DNA of 64,000 nucleotides from a virus. Every line of letters begins with the position of its first letter. Positions within the stretch are counted from its first letter, which is position 1. Under the pieces are notes generated by a model. It was not told the DNA's origin. It did not search any database and saw only the letters and a list, made by a program, of their open reading frames with translations. The translations under genes were made by a program, and so were the position numbers. Location: the IMG/VR virus record IMGVR_UViG_3300002920_000054. One strand, written 5' to 3'. Of this stretch, positions 1 through 8,227 are shown one piece after another.

Positions 1-1091
1 GGAACAGCTGGCTTTGGCATTTTTGGTTGAATTGGTTTTTTAGCCATGCCAGCACCTGATGGCATTTCTGCTTTTTTAGTTAATAATGATTTAAGTCTTT
101 CCAATCTACCACGAGGTGTGCCTAAGTTAGGTTTCATTAAAGGTTCAGCTTTTTTAATTGGTTTTTTATTTTGTGTTGGTTTATTCAACGCAACCCGTCT
201 GCCAGAAAACTGATGCACAAAAATAGTGCCATCAGGTAGTATAGTATAATAATCCTTTGGAGCTTTTTTGGGAAACTTTAAAGAATATGAATACTCTTGT
301 TTACCTGCATTGTCACCTTGTAAATAATACAATCTATGGCTTCTACCATTACTAATTAGTACGCTATCTTGTCCATACTTTGTGGCTTCTTTTATAATAT
401 GATTTTTCAATTTATCGCTTGGATTTACTACTAAATAACTTCTTTCAGGCTTACCATAATGCCCTTTAATTTTACAAATTTCTGCATTTTCATCTCCTAA
501 TGCAATTTTTTTTTGTTTTAAATCATTATGATATTGATGATATGATGGATATTTCACACCAGTTGTAGGATGCGCTGGATTCTCAACGGTAAAAATTAAA
601 TAAGGCGAATTTTTAATTATATCTTTAAAATAATTTTTTCTAAAAACTTTTTTTTCTGCCTTTTCAATAGTTTCTTCAATAGGTAAGGATTTTAATTCAT
701 CTTCTAACTCCCTGAAAATCCTTTGCATTCCTTCAAATAGTAGGTTATGCTTTTCATCTTCATTTAAGCCGTCGTGTAAATCAACAACATGCTCTATAAT
801 ATGCTCAGGTGTAATATCATGTATTGCTTCTGAACTTATATCCTTTTTTGGCGTTAATGAAGCTTTAATGTGTAAAATATCTTTACCGTTTTTGTAAAAA
901 ATAGCTTGAAAGGAATTAGGGGAAAGCTTAGTTACATTAACTTGTATAGATTTATCATTTGGAAATGGAAGCGTTTTAGACTCATTTTCTTGTAAGTTAC
1001 TGACATTTTGCTGTAACCATAACGTAATATCTTTAGATGATAAAACAGTTTGCAAAAAACTGACATTAGGTTGACTAGAAACGCTATCCAT
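1..1091 (-). CDS. Multi-domain head-module protein (3' end runs off the window) with a SAM-lyase (T3 gp0.3)-like domain
   Basis: Not in the ORF track. I translated it from ATG at 1091 (MDSVSSQPNVSFLQ...) and it stays open for 363 codons to position 3. It contains IFTVENP...KGHYGKPERSYLVV...ATKYGQDSVLI...YYTILPDGTIF, which resembles the G-x-Y/E/Q motifs of phage SAM lyases. Confidence 0.8.
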   Translation of the reverse strand, partial: MDSVSSQPNVSFLQTVLSSKDITLWLQQNVSNLQENESKTLPFPNDKSIQVNVTKLSPNSFQAIFYKNGKDILHIKASLTPKKDISSEAIHDITPEHIIEHVVDLHDGLNEDEKHNLLFEGMQRIFRELEDELKSLPIEETIEKAEKKVFRKNYFKDIIKNSPYLIFTVENPAHPTTGVKYPSYHQYHNDLKQKKIALGDENAEICKIKGHYGKPERSYLVVNPSDKLKNHIIKEATKYGQDSVLISNGRSHRLYYLQGDNAGKQEYSYSLKFPKKAPKDYYTILPDGTIFVHQFSGRRVALNKPTQNKKPIKKAEPLMKPNLGTPRGRLERLKSLLTKKAEMPSGAGMAKKPIQPKMPKPAV

Positions 1092-1100
1092 AATTTACCC

Positions 1101-1472
1101 TTACAGTACAAATGTATCATCTAAAATTTCATACGCATACACTAAAGCACTATCCGCAATGAAATCTGTGTCATCAAACAAAGCTATTATTGTATAATCT
1201 AATGGCTTTAATGCAATGCCATTTGAAGCATCAGTTGGAGCAGTTAGCGAGCCTTTACCAATTTTTACATAATGAACTAAAGAATCAGAATTAAAAAAAG
1301 CTATTAACTTTCCCGGCGATACATTTTTTTGAACACCAACGCTACCTAGCGGATTTAAACGACCCAAAATTGGACCTAGTAATTTTTGCGCACCAGCATA
1401 TTTATTGTACTGTACGTTAGTAATCTTTAATATATTATCTATTGTATCGTTACTTTTTTGTCTATCAGCCAT
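1101..1472 (-). CDS. Hypothetical late/virion protein (123 aa)
   Basis: ORF track; GGGG RBS and a CCTAATCT box upstream; lies in the structural module. Confidence 0.7.
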   Translation of the reverse strand: MADRQKSNDTIDNILKITNVQYNKYAGAQKLLGPILGRLNPLGSVGVQKNVSPGKLIAFFNSDSLVHYVKIGKGSLTAPTDASNGIALKPLDYTIIALFDDTDFIADSALVYAYEILDDTFVL

Positions 1473-1493
1473 ATAAACCCCTTTTTTTATTAA

Positions 1494-1501
1494 AGATTAG
1501 G
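1494..1501 (-). promoter_or_regulatory. Putative late promoter box CCTAATCT
   Basis: agattagg on the plus strand, 21 nt upstream of the 1472 start. The same 8-mer precedes five other minus-strand late genes. Confidence 0.6.
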
Positions 1502-1507
1502 TTATAA

Positions 1508-2398
1508 CTATTGATTGCCAAGTAAACCACCAACTGGCGGAGCATATTGTAATCTATTGTCAAAAATTTTGTTATGTACGTCCCTATTAACATCATGTAA
1601 AATATTTTCTCTTACCACTAAAACTTGATATGGCATTCTTTCCACTTTACGCTCATACGTATTAGGGTCTGTAACTTGCGAAACTCTAACTTCATGTAAA
1701 ATTCTAGCCACTACAAAAAAGGGTATATATCTATACCTAATCCCATAAACTACGCCACGATTAAGTCTTGGGTTCCAGCCGGGTCTTGTCTGACTAATCC
1801 ACTTAATATGACCTTCTGGAGTAATAACAAAATGTTTACCTTCTTCGTATTCTACACCATTTGCATCAATTAAATGCTCAACGCAAGTAGCAGGATATTG
1901 TAACCTATCTATTCCTATACTAGACGCTTCCACAAATTGCTGATTGATTATGCGCAATTCTACATCTTTAATGTATAATTTATCATATGGTGCAAGTAAA
2001 ACAGGCTTGGTTGGGTCATCTTCATAATAAGCAGGAGGAGTAATAACAGCTGTATCATGTTTAATTAAACCTTCAATTTCCACTTGAAATTGTGAACTAT
2101 CATTTGAAAAAAATACTTGCATACATCCAGCTTCTTTATAAATAAAACCATCTGATGGTTGTCTTGGACCTTGAACGGCATGTGTATCACCACTATCAGC
2201 TTTACCTGATGGGTCAGGAATTGCTCTTAAATGTACTACTCTTACACCTTGACTGCGTACTAGGGCATCAAATGCTGAAGCATCGAACGACTGCTGAAAC
2301 CTTTGTAATTGTATAAATAATTGCTCTGCTTCAGGTGTTCTTGAATCTCTAGCTTTAGGACCTTGACTAAAAAGGTTTGAATTATTTTTCTTTTTCAT
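1508..2398 (-). CDS. Head closure/stopper (neck) protein, SPO1/Twort-like
   Basis: FDALVRSQGVRVVH...PYDKL...FVVARILHEVRVSQV...RMPYQVLVVRE...GGLLG parallels, from memory, the Twort/K-like neck protein encoded after the adaptor. Confidence 0.65.
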   Translation of the reverse strand: MKKKNNSNLFSQGPKARDSRTPEAEQLFIQLQRFQQSFDASAFDALVRSQGVRVVHLRAIPDPSGKADSGDTHAVQGPRQPSDGFIYKEAGCMQVFFSNDSSQFQVEIEGLIKHDTAVITPPAYYEDDPTKPVLLAPYDKLYIKDVELRIINQQFVEASSIGIDRLQYPATCVEHLIDANGVEYEEGKHFVITPEGHIKWISQTRPGWNPRLNRGVVYGIRYRYIPFFVVARILHEVRVSQVTDPNTYERKVERMPYQVLVVRENILHDVNRDVHNKIFDNRLQYAPPVGGLLGNQ

Positions 2399-2870
2399 TG
2401 TCTTTAAACTCCTTTAAAAGCAAAGGCGGGGTATTTAAAGCTAAATCCCTTACTACACAAAGGTCTTCTGTTTCTACTTTTAGTAATTCATCTTTAGTAA
2501 GTAATTCAATAGTAGATTTATCTAAATTATACAAAAGCATTAAATTATTATTGTTAATAGATTTTTGAAGTGGCGGCAAGAAAATAATCTCTCTTAATTT
2601 TTCAAATTGATTTTCAGGTTCACTTTTAGTGAGTTTATTTTCTTCAAAGTCCTTATCCCACTCAATTTTACCAGCTGCTTTCTCAGCCATCCACTTAGTA
2701 ATAGCTAAATGCGGTGATGCCGCAATAGCTTCTATAGAGCCATCTTTAGATTTTTTAAAAATAGCATGTAATCCACCATGACTTTGAATATATAGTAGAG
2801 GTTCACCTTTACTCGTTTTACCCACTTCTTTTTTGTAAGCTATATGAGATTCATCAATTTGCATCATCAT
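2382..2870 (-). CDS. Hypothetical head-associated protein (162 aa)
   Basis: ORF track; translationally coupled to both neighbours; carries LTKSE and LQKSI motifs. Confidence 0.7.
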   Translation of the reverse strand: MMMQIDESHIAYKKEVGKTSKGEPLLYIQSHGGLHAIFKKSKDGSIEAIAASPHLAITKWMAEKAAGKIEWDKDFEENKLTKSEPENQFEKLREIIFLPPLQKSINNNNLMLLYNLDKSTIELLTKDELLKVETEDLCVVRDLALNTPPLLLKEFKDNEKEK

Positions 2871-3795
2871 TCTCCTTTAAACGTTTTTTAGCCCATTCAT
2901 CAAATTTATTTTTAAATGGGATTTTTTCTTTTTTATCTAACTTTTCACTAGCTAAAGAAGATTTTATTTTTGTAATAAAAGGATTTAATTTATGAGCTTG
3001 TAAGAATTTTTTAACATAAGGGCTAGAATTTAAATGAGCATTAGAAATCTGATGAGATTTTAAATTATGACCATTTATCCATGCATAAGCCGCTTTTTTA
3101 ACATCATTCTTATTATTTGATAACACATGATGTGCTACCATTCTAGCAAAATCTAGCTCGTGTTGAGGATTTTTTGCAAAATGTTCTGCTAACTCCTTGC
3201 TATCCATCTCTTGTAATGGTAAATACTCGGGTTTTAAGGTGTTAGATAGTCTCATTCTATTTATAAATTCTCTAATAGTATTAGGTAGTAACCCCCACCT
3301 ACCAACTGCCGCTTCATTTTGATAAAAATGTGGATTTTGCCGCATTTTCTCGTTTAATTTATGTTTCAAAGATTTACCGCCAGAAGATTCAAGCTGCATA
3401 ATAGTCCATAAAAAACTATCTAATGGGTGTAAACCAAAATCATCTTTTATTTGATGCTCTTGTCTGATATTAGGCTTATCAATCATTGTCTGTGTGGATA
3501 GTTCAATAGGCAATAAACTAGATAAAGCAGCAAGACCAATAGCAATACTTCTATTTTTAAGGGATTTTGATATATCTTCTATTTTATGGTCATCTCTATC
3601 TTCTACCCAAGCGTTCATAGCTCCTCTTCCTAAATACTTAGCAATACTATGTACAGCATCCTTTAAATTCCTAGAATGAAATGCAATTTTAAATGAAAAA
3701 GGATAGCGTTTAAAAATAGGGTCTAAATCATCTACACTATCGATAACGTACTGCTCTAAAGTATTTAATAATAGGTGCTTTACATATAATACCAT
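2854..3795 (-). CDS. Lysozyme-like/SLT lytic transglycosylase domain protein
   Basis: IMQLESSGG (catalytic Glu motif), AVGRWGLLPNT (GLMQ-like motif), AAYAWING (AYN-like motif). Confidence 0.6.
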   Translation of the reverse strand: MVLYVKHLLLNTLEQYVIDSVDDLDPIFKRYPFSFKIAFHSRNLKDAVHSIAKYLGRGAMNAWVEDRDDHKIEDISKSLKNRSIAIGLAALSSLLPIELSTQTMIDKPNIRQEHQIKDDFGLHPLDSFLWTIMQLESSGGKSLKHKLNEKMRQNPHFYQNEAAVGRWGLLPNTIREFINRMRLSNTLKPEYLPLQEMDSKELAEHFAKNPQHELDFARMVAHHVLSNNKNDVKKAAYAWINGHNLKSHQISNAHLNSSPYVKKFLQAHKLNPFITKIKSSLASEKLDKKEKIPFKNKFDEWAKKRLKENDDAN

Positions 3796-3803
3796 AATTA
3801 CTC

Positions 3804-5633
3804 CTACGCAGCTTCTCTGCCAGCTTCATGATAAGAACGAACTATATCTACCAGCTTTCCAATCATTGGCAATGTATAGTTATAAAAATCATTTTCAACC
3901 TCTAAATCCGTGCTATCTCTATTATACAAATCATCTAATACACTTTGTACGCTATCTAAATAATCATTTCTATAAACAATTTCATTATTCTTATCTAATC
4001 TTGGTAAAATAAAATGAGAAAATATATAGTCTAATATAATAGAATAGAAACCTGCCACATCAATATTTCCATAATAATCGTGATGAGCATCTAACATCTT
4101 ATTAAACACATTATGTAAAACTTCTGGCACTTCTTGTGGGCTAATTTTTTCCAGAAAATGCGATAATACCTCCATTTTTGGTGTTATTTTTTCAGAATTA
4201 TTTTCTACCACATCTTCCCCAATTAAATCTATCACATGACTTATAGCTTGTTGTGGGGAATAATCTTTAATTTCTTTGTATAGACTATTATTTTTAAGTT
4301 TTCTAGGAGAATATAAATAAGTAAAGGTTGGGATAGCCAATGCATTTATATCATCTAAATCACCAAACTCGCCATTAGCCCATTTTGTCAATAAATTATG
4401 CCTATATAAAAAATTGATTAAAATATGATTACGTTTATCTGGATTTGTAACGCCTTTTATGTGATGTATCAATTCATTTTTAAGGTTATCTTTATTTTGT
4501 AACCACCAATTGGAAACTTCATTATAGTTAACCTCTTCCCCTGTTAAACCTAAAAAACCAGCCAAAGGAGAAACTCGGTTCACAAACCATAATGGGTCAG
4601 AAACTACAGTGACGGGTGAATTAGTATTAAAAAGATTATATAAAAAACTTAAATCATTATCAATAGCAACAATTGTCGGTTTATTGTGTTTATAAGTCAG
4701 TAAGATATTACCGGGATTCCTATCTTTATTGCCTACCAAATAATCCATTAGAGAAATTTTAAACAAATTGTTTGCCGCTTCATTTTTATTAAACACATTT
4801 TGGCGACCTTTCTCTCTAAATAATTGTCCAAGTTTTTCCATACCTTCAGGGGACTCAAATTTTGTAACAATCATTGGTACTTCATTTACTTTATAAGTAC
4901 CGACTTGACTAACCATATCACCCAATCCTGCTTGTTTAAACAATCGATTAGTTGTAATAGCAGACCACCCTATACTATGATTTCGTAATTTAAAATTTTT
5001 TAAACCTTTTGAATAATATGACTTTAACATATAGGTATTATTATTTTGAGTATCTTTGTATACAACTTTCGGAAAAGCCCCTTCATCTAAAGCTTTCTCA
5101 TCAGTTTCTAAATTTGGGTCTTCTACTACTTTAGAAAAATTTTCATCCACGTGATACTCAGGTTTATCATGAAAAGAAAAATCAAACATTTTAGTAGTAT
5201 CTTTACTAACGTCTTTTAAAACTTTTTGAGCATTTCTATTATTTAAATCAATAGCTTTTTGCAATTCACTAAATTGTAAACCGTCAATATAATCTATAAT
5301 TTCAGTAACACTTTTTATAACATCATCTTGTAATGCTGTCTTCTGAAATTCAGAATTTAAAGAATTTAAAACTTCTTGTCTAAAATTTTTATCTAATACA
5401 TACTTTTCAAACTTTTCAATAGTACATTTTTCGTTTTTATCTTTTAAGTGTTGAAGCGCAATTTTGCCAATTTTAGAATACAATTTTTTTAATGCCGCAC
5501 CACGAGCATCATCTCCGTATCTATCTTTTAGACCATTTAAAAATTGAGTAAGCCAACCTTCTTTTGTTTCAGGAAGTTCAACCTTTTCTGCTTTATTAAG
5601 TCTATAAGCTAACCAATTATCTATGTTTATCAT
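3804..5633 (-). CDS. PI3/4-kinase/HipA-like protein kinase domain protein (609 aa)
   Basis: YMLKSY (N-lobe Lys), MDYLVGNKDRNPGNILL (catalytic D and N), IVAIDNDLSF (metal-binding D). Confidence 0.75.
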   Translation of the reverse strand: MINIDNWLAYRLNKAEKVELPETKEGWLTQFLNGLKDRYGDDARGAALKKLYSKIGKIALQHLKDKNEKCTIEKFEKYVLDKNFRQEVLNSLNSEFQKTALQDDVIKSVTEIIDYIDGLQFSELQKAIDLNNRNAQKVLKDVSKDTTKMFDFSFHDKPEYHVDENFSKVVEDPNLETDEKALDEGAFPKVVYKDTQNNNTYMLKSYYSKGLKNFKLRNHSIGWSAITTNRLFKQAGLGDMVSQVGTYKVNEVPMIVTKFESPEGMEKLGQLFREKGRQNVFNKNEAANNLFKISLMDYLVGNKDRNPGNILLTYKHNKPTIVAIDNDLSFLYNLFNTNSPVTVVSDPLWFVNRVSPLAGFLGLTGEEVNYNEVSNWWLQNKDNLKNELIHHIKGVTNPDKRNHILINFLYRHNLLTKWANGEFGDLDDINALAIPTFTYLYSPRKLKNNSLYKEIKDYSPQQAISHVIDLIGEDVVENNSEKITPKMEVLSHFLEKISPQEVPEVLHNVFNKMLDAHHDYYGNIDVAGFYSIILDYIFSHFILPRLDKNNEIVYRNDYLDSVQSVLDDLYNRDSTDLEVENDFYNYTLPMIGKLVDIVRSYHEAGREAA

Positions 5634-6505
5634 ACATGACCTGTAAATAAATTATTTGCAGTCATCGTTTTTAGCTTTTGTATATTTTCTCTATAATTAG
5701 TATCTAAAAGTTGTCGTTTTTGTTGTAATAATTGATAGCTCAAATCGTTTACTGATTGCCCAAGACCGTCAATACTTAAAGATTGTGAAGCAATTTTAAA
5801 AAGCGGCAATAAATTATCAATTAACATCATCGCTGCTTTTGCCCCAATGCACTCGTTAACAATAATAGGCACACGACCATCTTCAGTACAAAAACCATGT
5901 ACACACTCCACAGTCCAATATGCAGGTACAAATCCGATTTGACCGATAAATTGGAGAATTGTAGCGCCAGAAGTAGATACGGCAGTGTTAGTTCCAATTG
6001 AACTAAAAGCAGGGTTAAGCGGGTTAACAAACAATGTTCCTCGTACAGCATAAGATACATCTATCCATTCATTTGGTATTTTGTATATTTCAGCACCAGA
6101 CGGATATTGCTCATTTTCTTCACTTGTACCAGTATAAGATGCAGAACAAATCGCCATCCGAATTACTTTTTGTATTGGTTTATTTGGCAATTGAGTCCAA
6201 ATATTCATGTGATATAAATTGGGGTCAAAAGGTAATCTATGCCTCATAATCACAGGTGTTACATGAAGTTTCGTATCTAATTCAAACTGACTTACAGCTC
6301 TTAGAATATAATCTTCTAAATCAGAATTAGTGATTTTTTCTCTTGTTACAGGGCTAATTAAATTAAAACCAAAAAAGAAACGTTTTTTAAAAGTCTCACC
6401 ATCTAAAAGCGGTTCAATTCTATTTAATACACCTGTGGCATCATAAACGCGCTCAGGAAATATTGAGCCTGTAAGTTTTTTTGATTTACTTAAATCCTTA
6501 GCCAT
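5630..6505 (-). CDS. Head-tail adaptor (neck) protein, SPO1/Twort-like
   Basis: FFFGFNLISPVTREKI...YILRAVSQFE...QLPNKPIQKV...IPNEWIDV...IASQSLSIDGLGQSV parallels the Twort/K-like adaptor encoded after the capsid gene. Confidence 0.7.
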   Translation of the reverse strand: MAKDLSKSKKLTGSIFPERVYDATGVLNRIEPLLDGETFKKRFFFGFNLISPVTREKITNSDLEDYILRAVSQFELDTKLHVTPVIMRHRLPFDPNLYHMNIWTQLPNKPIQKVIRMAICSASYTGTSEENEQYPSGAEIYKIPNEWIDVSYAVRGTLFVNPLNPAFSSIGTNTAVSTSGATILQFIGQIGFVPAYWTVECVHGFCTEDGRVPIIVNECIGAKAAMMLIDNLLPLFKIASQSLSIDGLGQSVNDLSYQLLQQKRQLLDTNYRENIQKLKTMTANNLFTGHV

Positions 6506-6508
6506 TTT

Positions 6509-6652
6509 TTATATCATACCTAAAACTTTAGTGCATTTGTTTTTTAAAGCATTTTTTAACTTATCTGAAGGTTTAATAGAACGTTCAATTTTAAAAAATC
6601 TTTCCCGCAATTTAGCTACTGCTGTTTTCTTTTGTTTTTGTTTTCTTGTCAT
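6509..6652 (-). CDS. Small basic protein (47 aa, MTRKQKQKKTAVAKLRERFFKIERSIKPSDKLKNALKNKCTKVLGMI)
   Basis: Below the ORF-track cutoff. AGGAG RBS upstream; fills the gap between two genes. Confidence 0.55.
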   Translation of the reverse strand: MTRKQKQKKTAVAKLRERFFKIERSIKPSDKLKNALKNKCTKVLGMI

Positions 6653-6688
6653 TTTAACTTAACTCCTTATACAACAATATTTAGCTAA

Positions 6689-7084
6689 TTAACAAAAACT
6701 ATTCTTGTTACCTGCTTGTATTAAATGTAGTTTTGACTCTACTAAAACTATTTTAGACTCGCCACCCTCATTTAGCGTAATCTGCATAGAATTATTAGCA
6801 ATCATATCATTTGGAAGTAAAGATACTACCCAAATAGAACGGTCGTCAGCAAAAGGATTTATAGCATTTCTAGTAATTACTTTATTTAAATCAATGTGGT
6901 CAAATTTTACTGTAATAATAGAGGACACATGGGGAATGTATCTTAAGTCGAATTTTTCGCCTATTTTAGAAAATAATTGAAAATAGATGTTATTAGTCTG
7001 ATTAGCTGGTATATTTAGTGTATCTACTACTCCAAAATTATTTACATCATAAACTGGCTCTAGTAATTTAGCATATAATAACAT
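6689..7084 (-). CDS. Hypothetical virion protein (131 aa, beta-rich)
   Basis: ORF track; GAGGGG RBS and CCTAATCT box upstream. Confidence 0.7.
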   Translation of the reverse strand: MLLYAKLLEPVYDVNNFGVVDTLNIPANQTNNIYFQLFSKIGEKFDLRYIPHVSSIITVKFDHIDLNKVITRNAINPFADDRSIWVVSLLPNDMIANNSMQITLNEGGESKIVLVESKLHLIQAGNKNSFC

Positions 7085-7101
7085 ATAAACCCCTCTTAAT
7101 A

Positions 7102-7109
7102 AGATTAGG
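7102..7109 (-). promoter_or_regulatory. Putative late promoter box CCTAATCT
   Basis: Exact motif 17 nt upstream of the 7084 start. Confidence 0.6.
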
Positions 7110-7111
7110 AA

Positions 7112-7732
7112 TTATCTTTTGTCTTTAGAATTTTTAAGAGTAGGGTATCTTATTTTTGGTTTTGGTAGCTGAACAAGTCTTAAATTACTTTCTGGAAGTA
7201 ATCTGGGTATAGCTATATCATCTATTAAGCCCCACTCAAAAGCTTCTTTAGCTGTTAATGTCCAATCGGCGTTTTTTAAACTTCTTAACTTTTCTTCAAA
7301 TTCTTTTACAGTTTTACCGCAGTCCTCAGCTAAATTTTTAAACATTAGTTTATTGACAAAATTTAACGACTCAGCACTAGCTTTCACTTCGGTTGACTTT
7401 CCGTAAGCTCCACTTGAAACTTCATGAACTAAAATTAAAGCATCGGGTGATGCAAACCGTAAACCTTGAGTACCTGCGGCTAATAGTACCGCACCTGCTG
7501 ACATCGCTTTACCAAGAGCAATAGTCGCTACAGGTTTAGATGATGACTTAATTAAATCTCTCATAGCAAAAGCTGAAGTAATATCACCGCCATAACTACT
7601 AACTACAATGACAATAACAGGTATATCAGGATTAGCTTCAAGTTCTAAAAACTGCTCATAAAAATGTTTTAGAGACTCATCAGTGAATTTATGCACCCAA
7701 ATATAATTTGAAACTTCTTTAAAATCGCTCAT
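7112..7732 (-). CDS. clpP: ATP-dependent Clp protease proteolytic subunit-like protein
   Basis: SSYGGD, GKAMSAG (Ser), ILVHE (His), ADWTLTAKEAFEWGLID (Asp). The catalytic triad is intact. Confidence 0.9.
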   Translation of the reverse strand: MSDFKEVSNYIWVHKFTDESLKHFYEQFLELEANPDIPVIVIVVSSYGGDITSAFAMRDLIKSSSKPVATIALGKAMSAGAVLLAAGTQGLRFASPDALILVHEVSSGAYGKSTEVKASAESLNFVNKLMFKNLAEDCGKTVKEFEEKLRSLKNADWTLTAKEAFEWGLIDDIAIPRLLPESNLRLVQLPKPKIRYPTLKNSKDKR

Positions 7733-7832
7733 ATTATTATAGATACTATTTTTTCTATATTTTTGAGTATAAAAATTATAAACTGTAATAATTTTAAATA
7801 CTTAATAAATTATTTTTTAAATAAAAAATTAG

Positions 7833-7866
7833 TTGACATTTAAATTAAAGTGTGAGATTCTATAAT
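7833..7866 (+). promoter_or_regulatory. Possible sigma70-type promoter for the 7910 gene
   Basis: TTGACA at 7833-7838 and TATAAT at 7861-7866. The 22-nt spacing is non-canonical. Confidence 0.35.
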
Positions 7867-7909
7867 TGAAAGGGCGATAATAATAACCACAACAAAAAAG
7901 GAGGCCAAT

Positions 7910-8140
7910 ATGCCAACAATTATGTTACCAATACCAGAAATAATTGAAATATTTAAAAATTGTTATGTAATTAGAGACCGCGAAGCTGGATATGAAATAA
8001 AAACAGCAGAAAGTTTAGAAGAAGCAGAACAAATAATGGAAAAATTTATAAAAGAGGATAAAGCTAATGGATTTTATGAACCAAAATTTTATGAAATTTA
8101 CGATAAAGTAAAAGAAGAAATTATATCTATAAGCGAATAA
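7910..8140 (+). CDS. Small acidic hypothetical protein (76 aa), counter-oriented in the late module
   Basis: ORF track; strong AGGAGG RBS; followed by a terminator. Confidence 0.75.
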   Translation: MPTIMLPIPEIIEIFKNCYVIRDREAGYEIKTAESLEEAEQIMEKFIKEDKANGFYEPKFYEIYDKVKEEIISISE

Positions 8141-8163
8141 AAACGATTCCTCCCCCCCCAAAT

Positions 8164-8204
8164 AAAAAAGGCTAGGTTTGTTAGTTTTCCCTAGCCTTTT
8201 TTTT
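8164..8204. terminator. Bidirectional Rho-independent terminator
   Basis: AAAAAGGCTAGG...CCTAGCCTTTTTTTT inverted repeat with A/T tracts, between convergent genes. Confidence 0.8.
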
Positions 8205-8227
8205 ATTGTATTTTAACCCTTAATGGA

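Noticed and set aside
932-1120. 62-aa minus-strand ORF in the track
   Set aside because: It overlaps, in another frame, the much longer ORF 1091 to <1, which has recognisable motifs.
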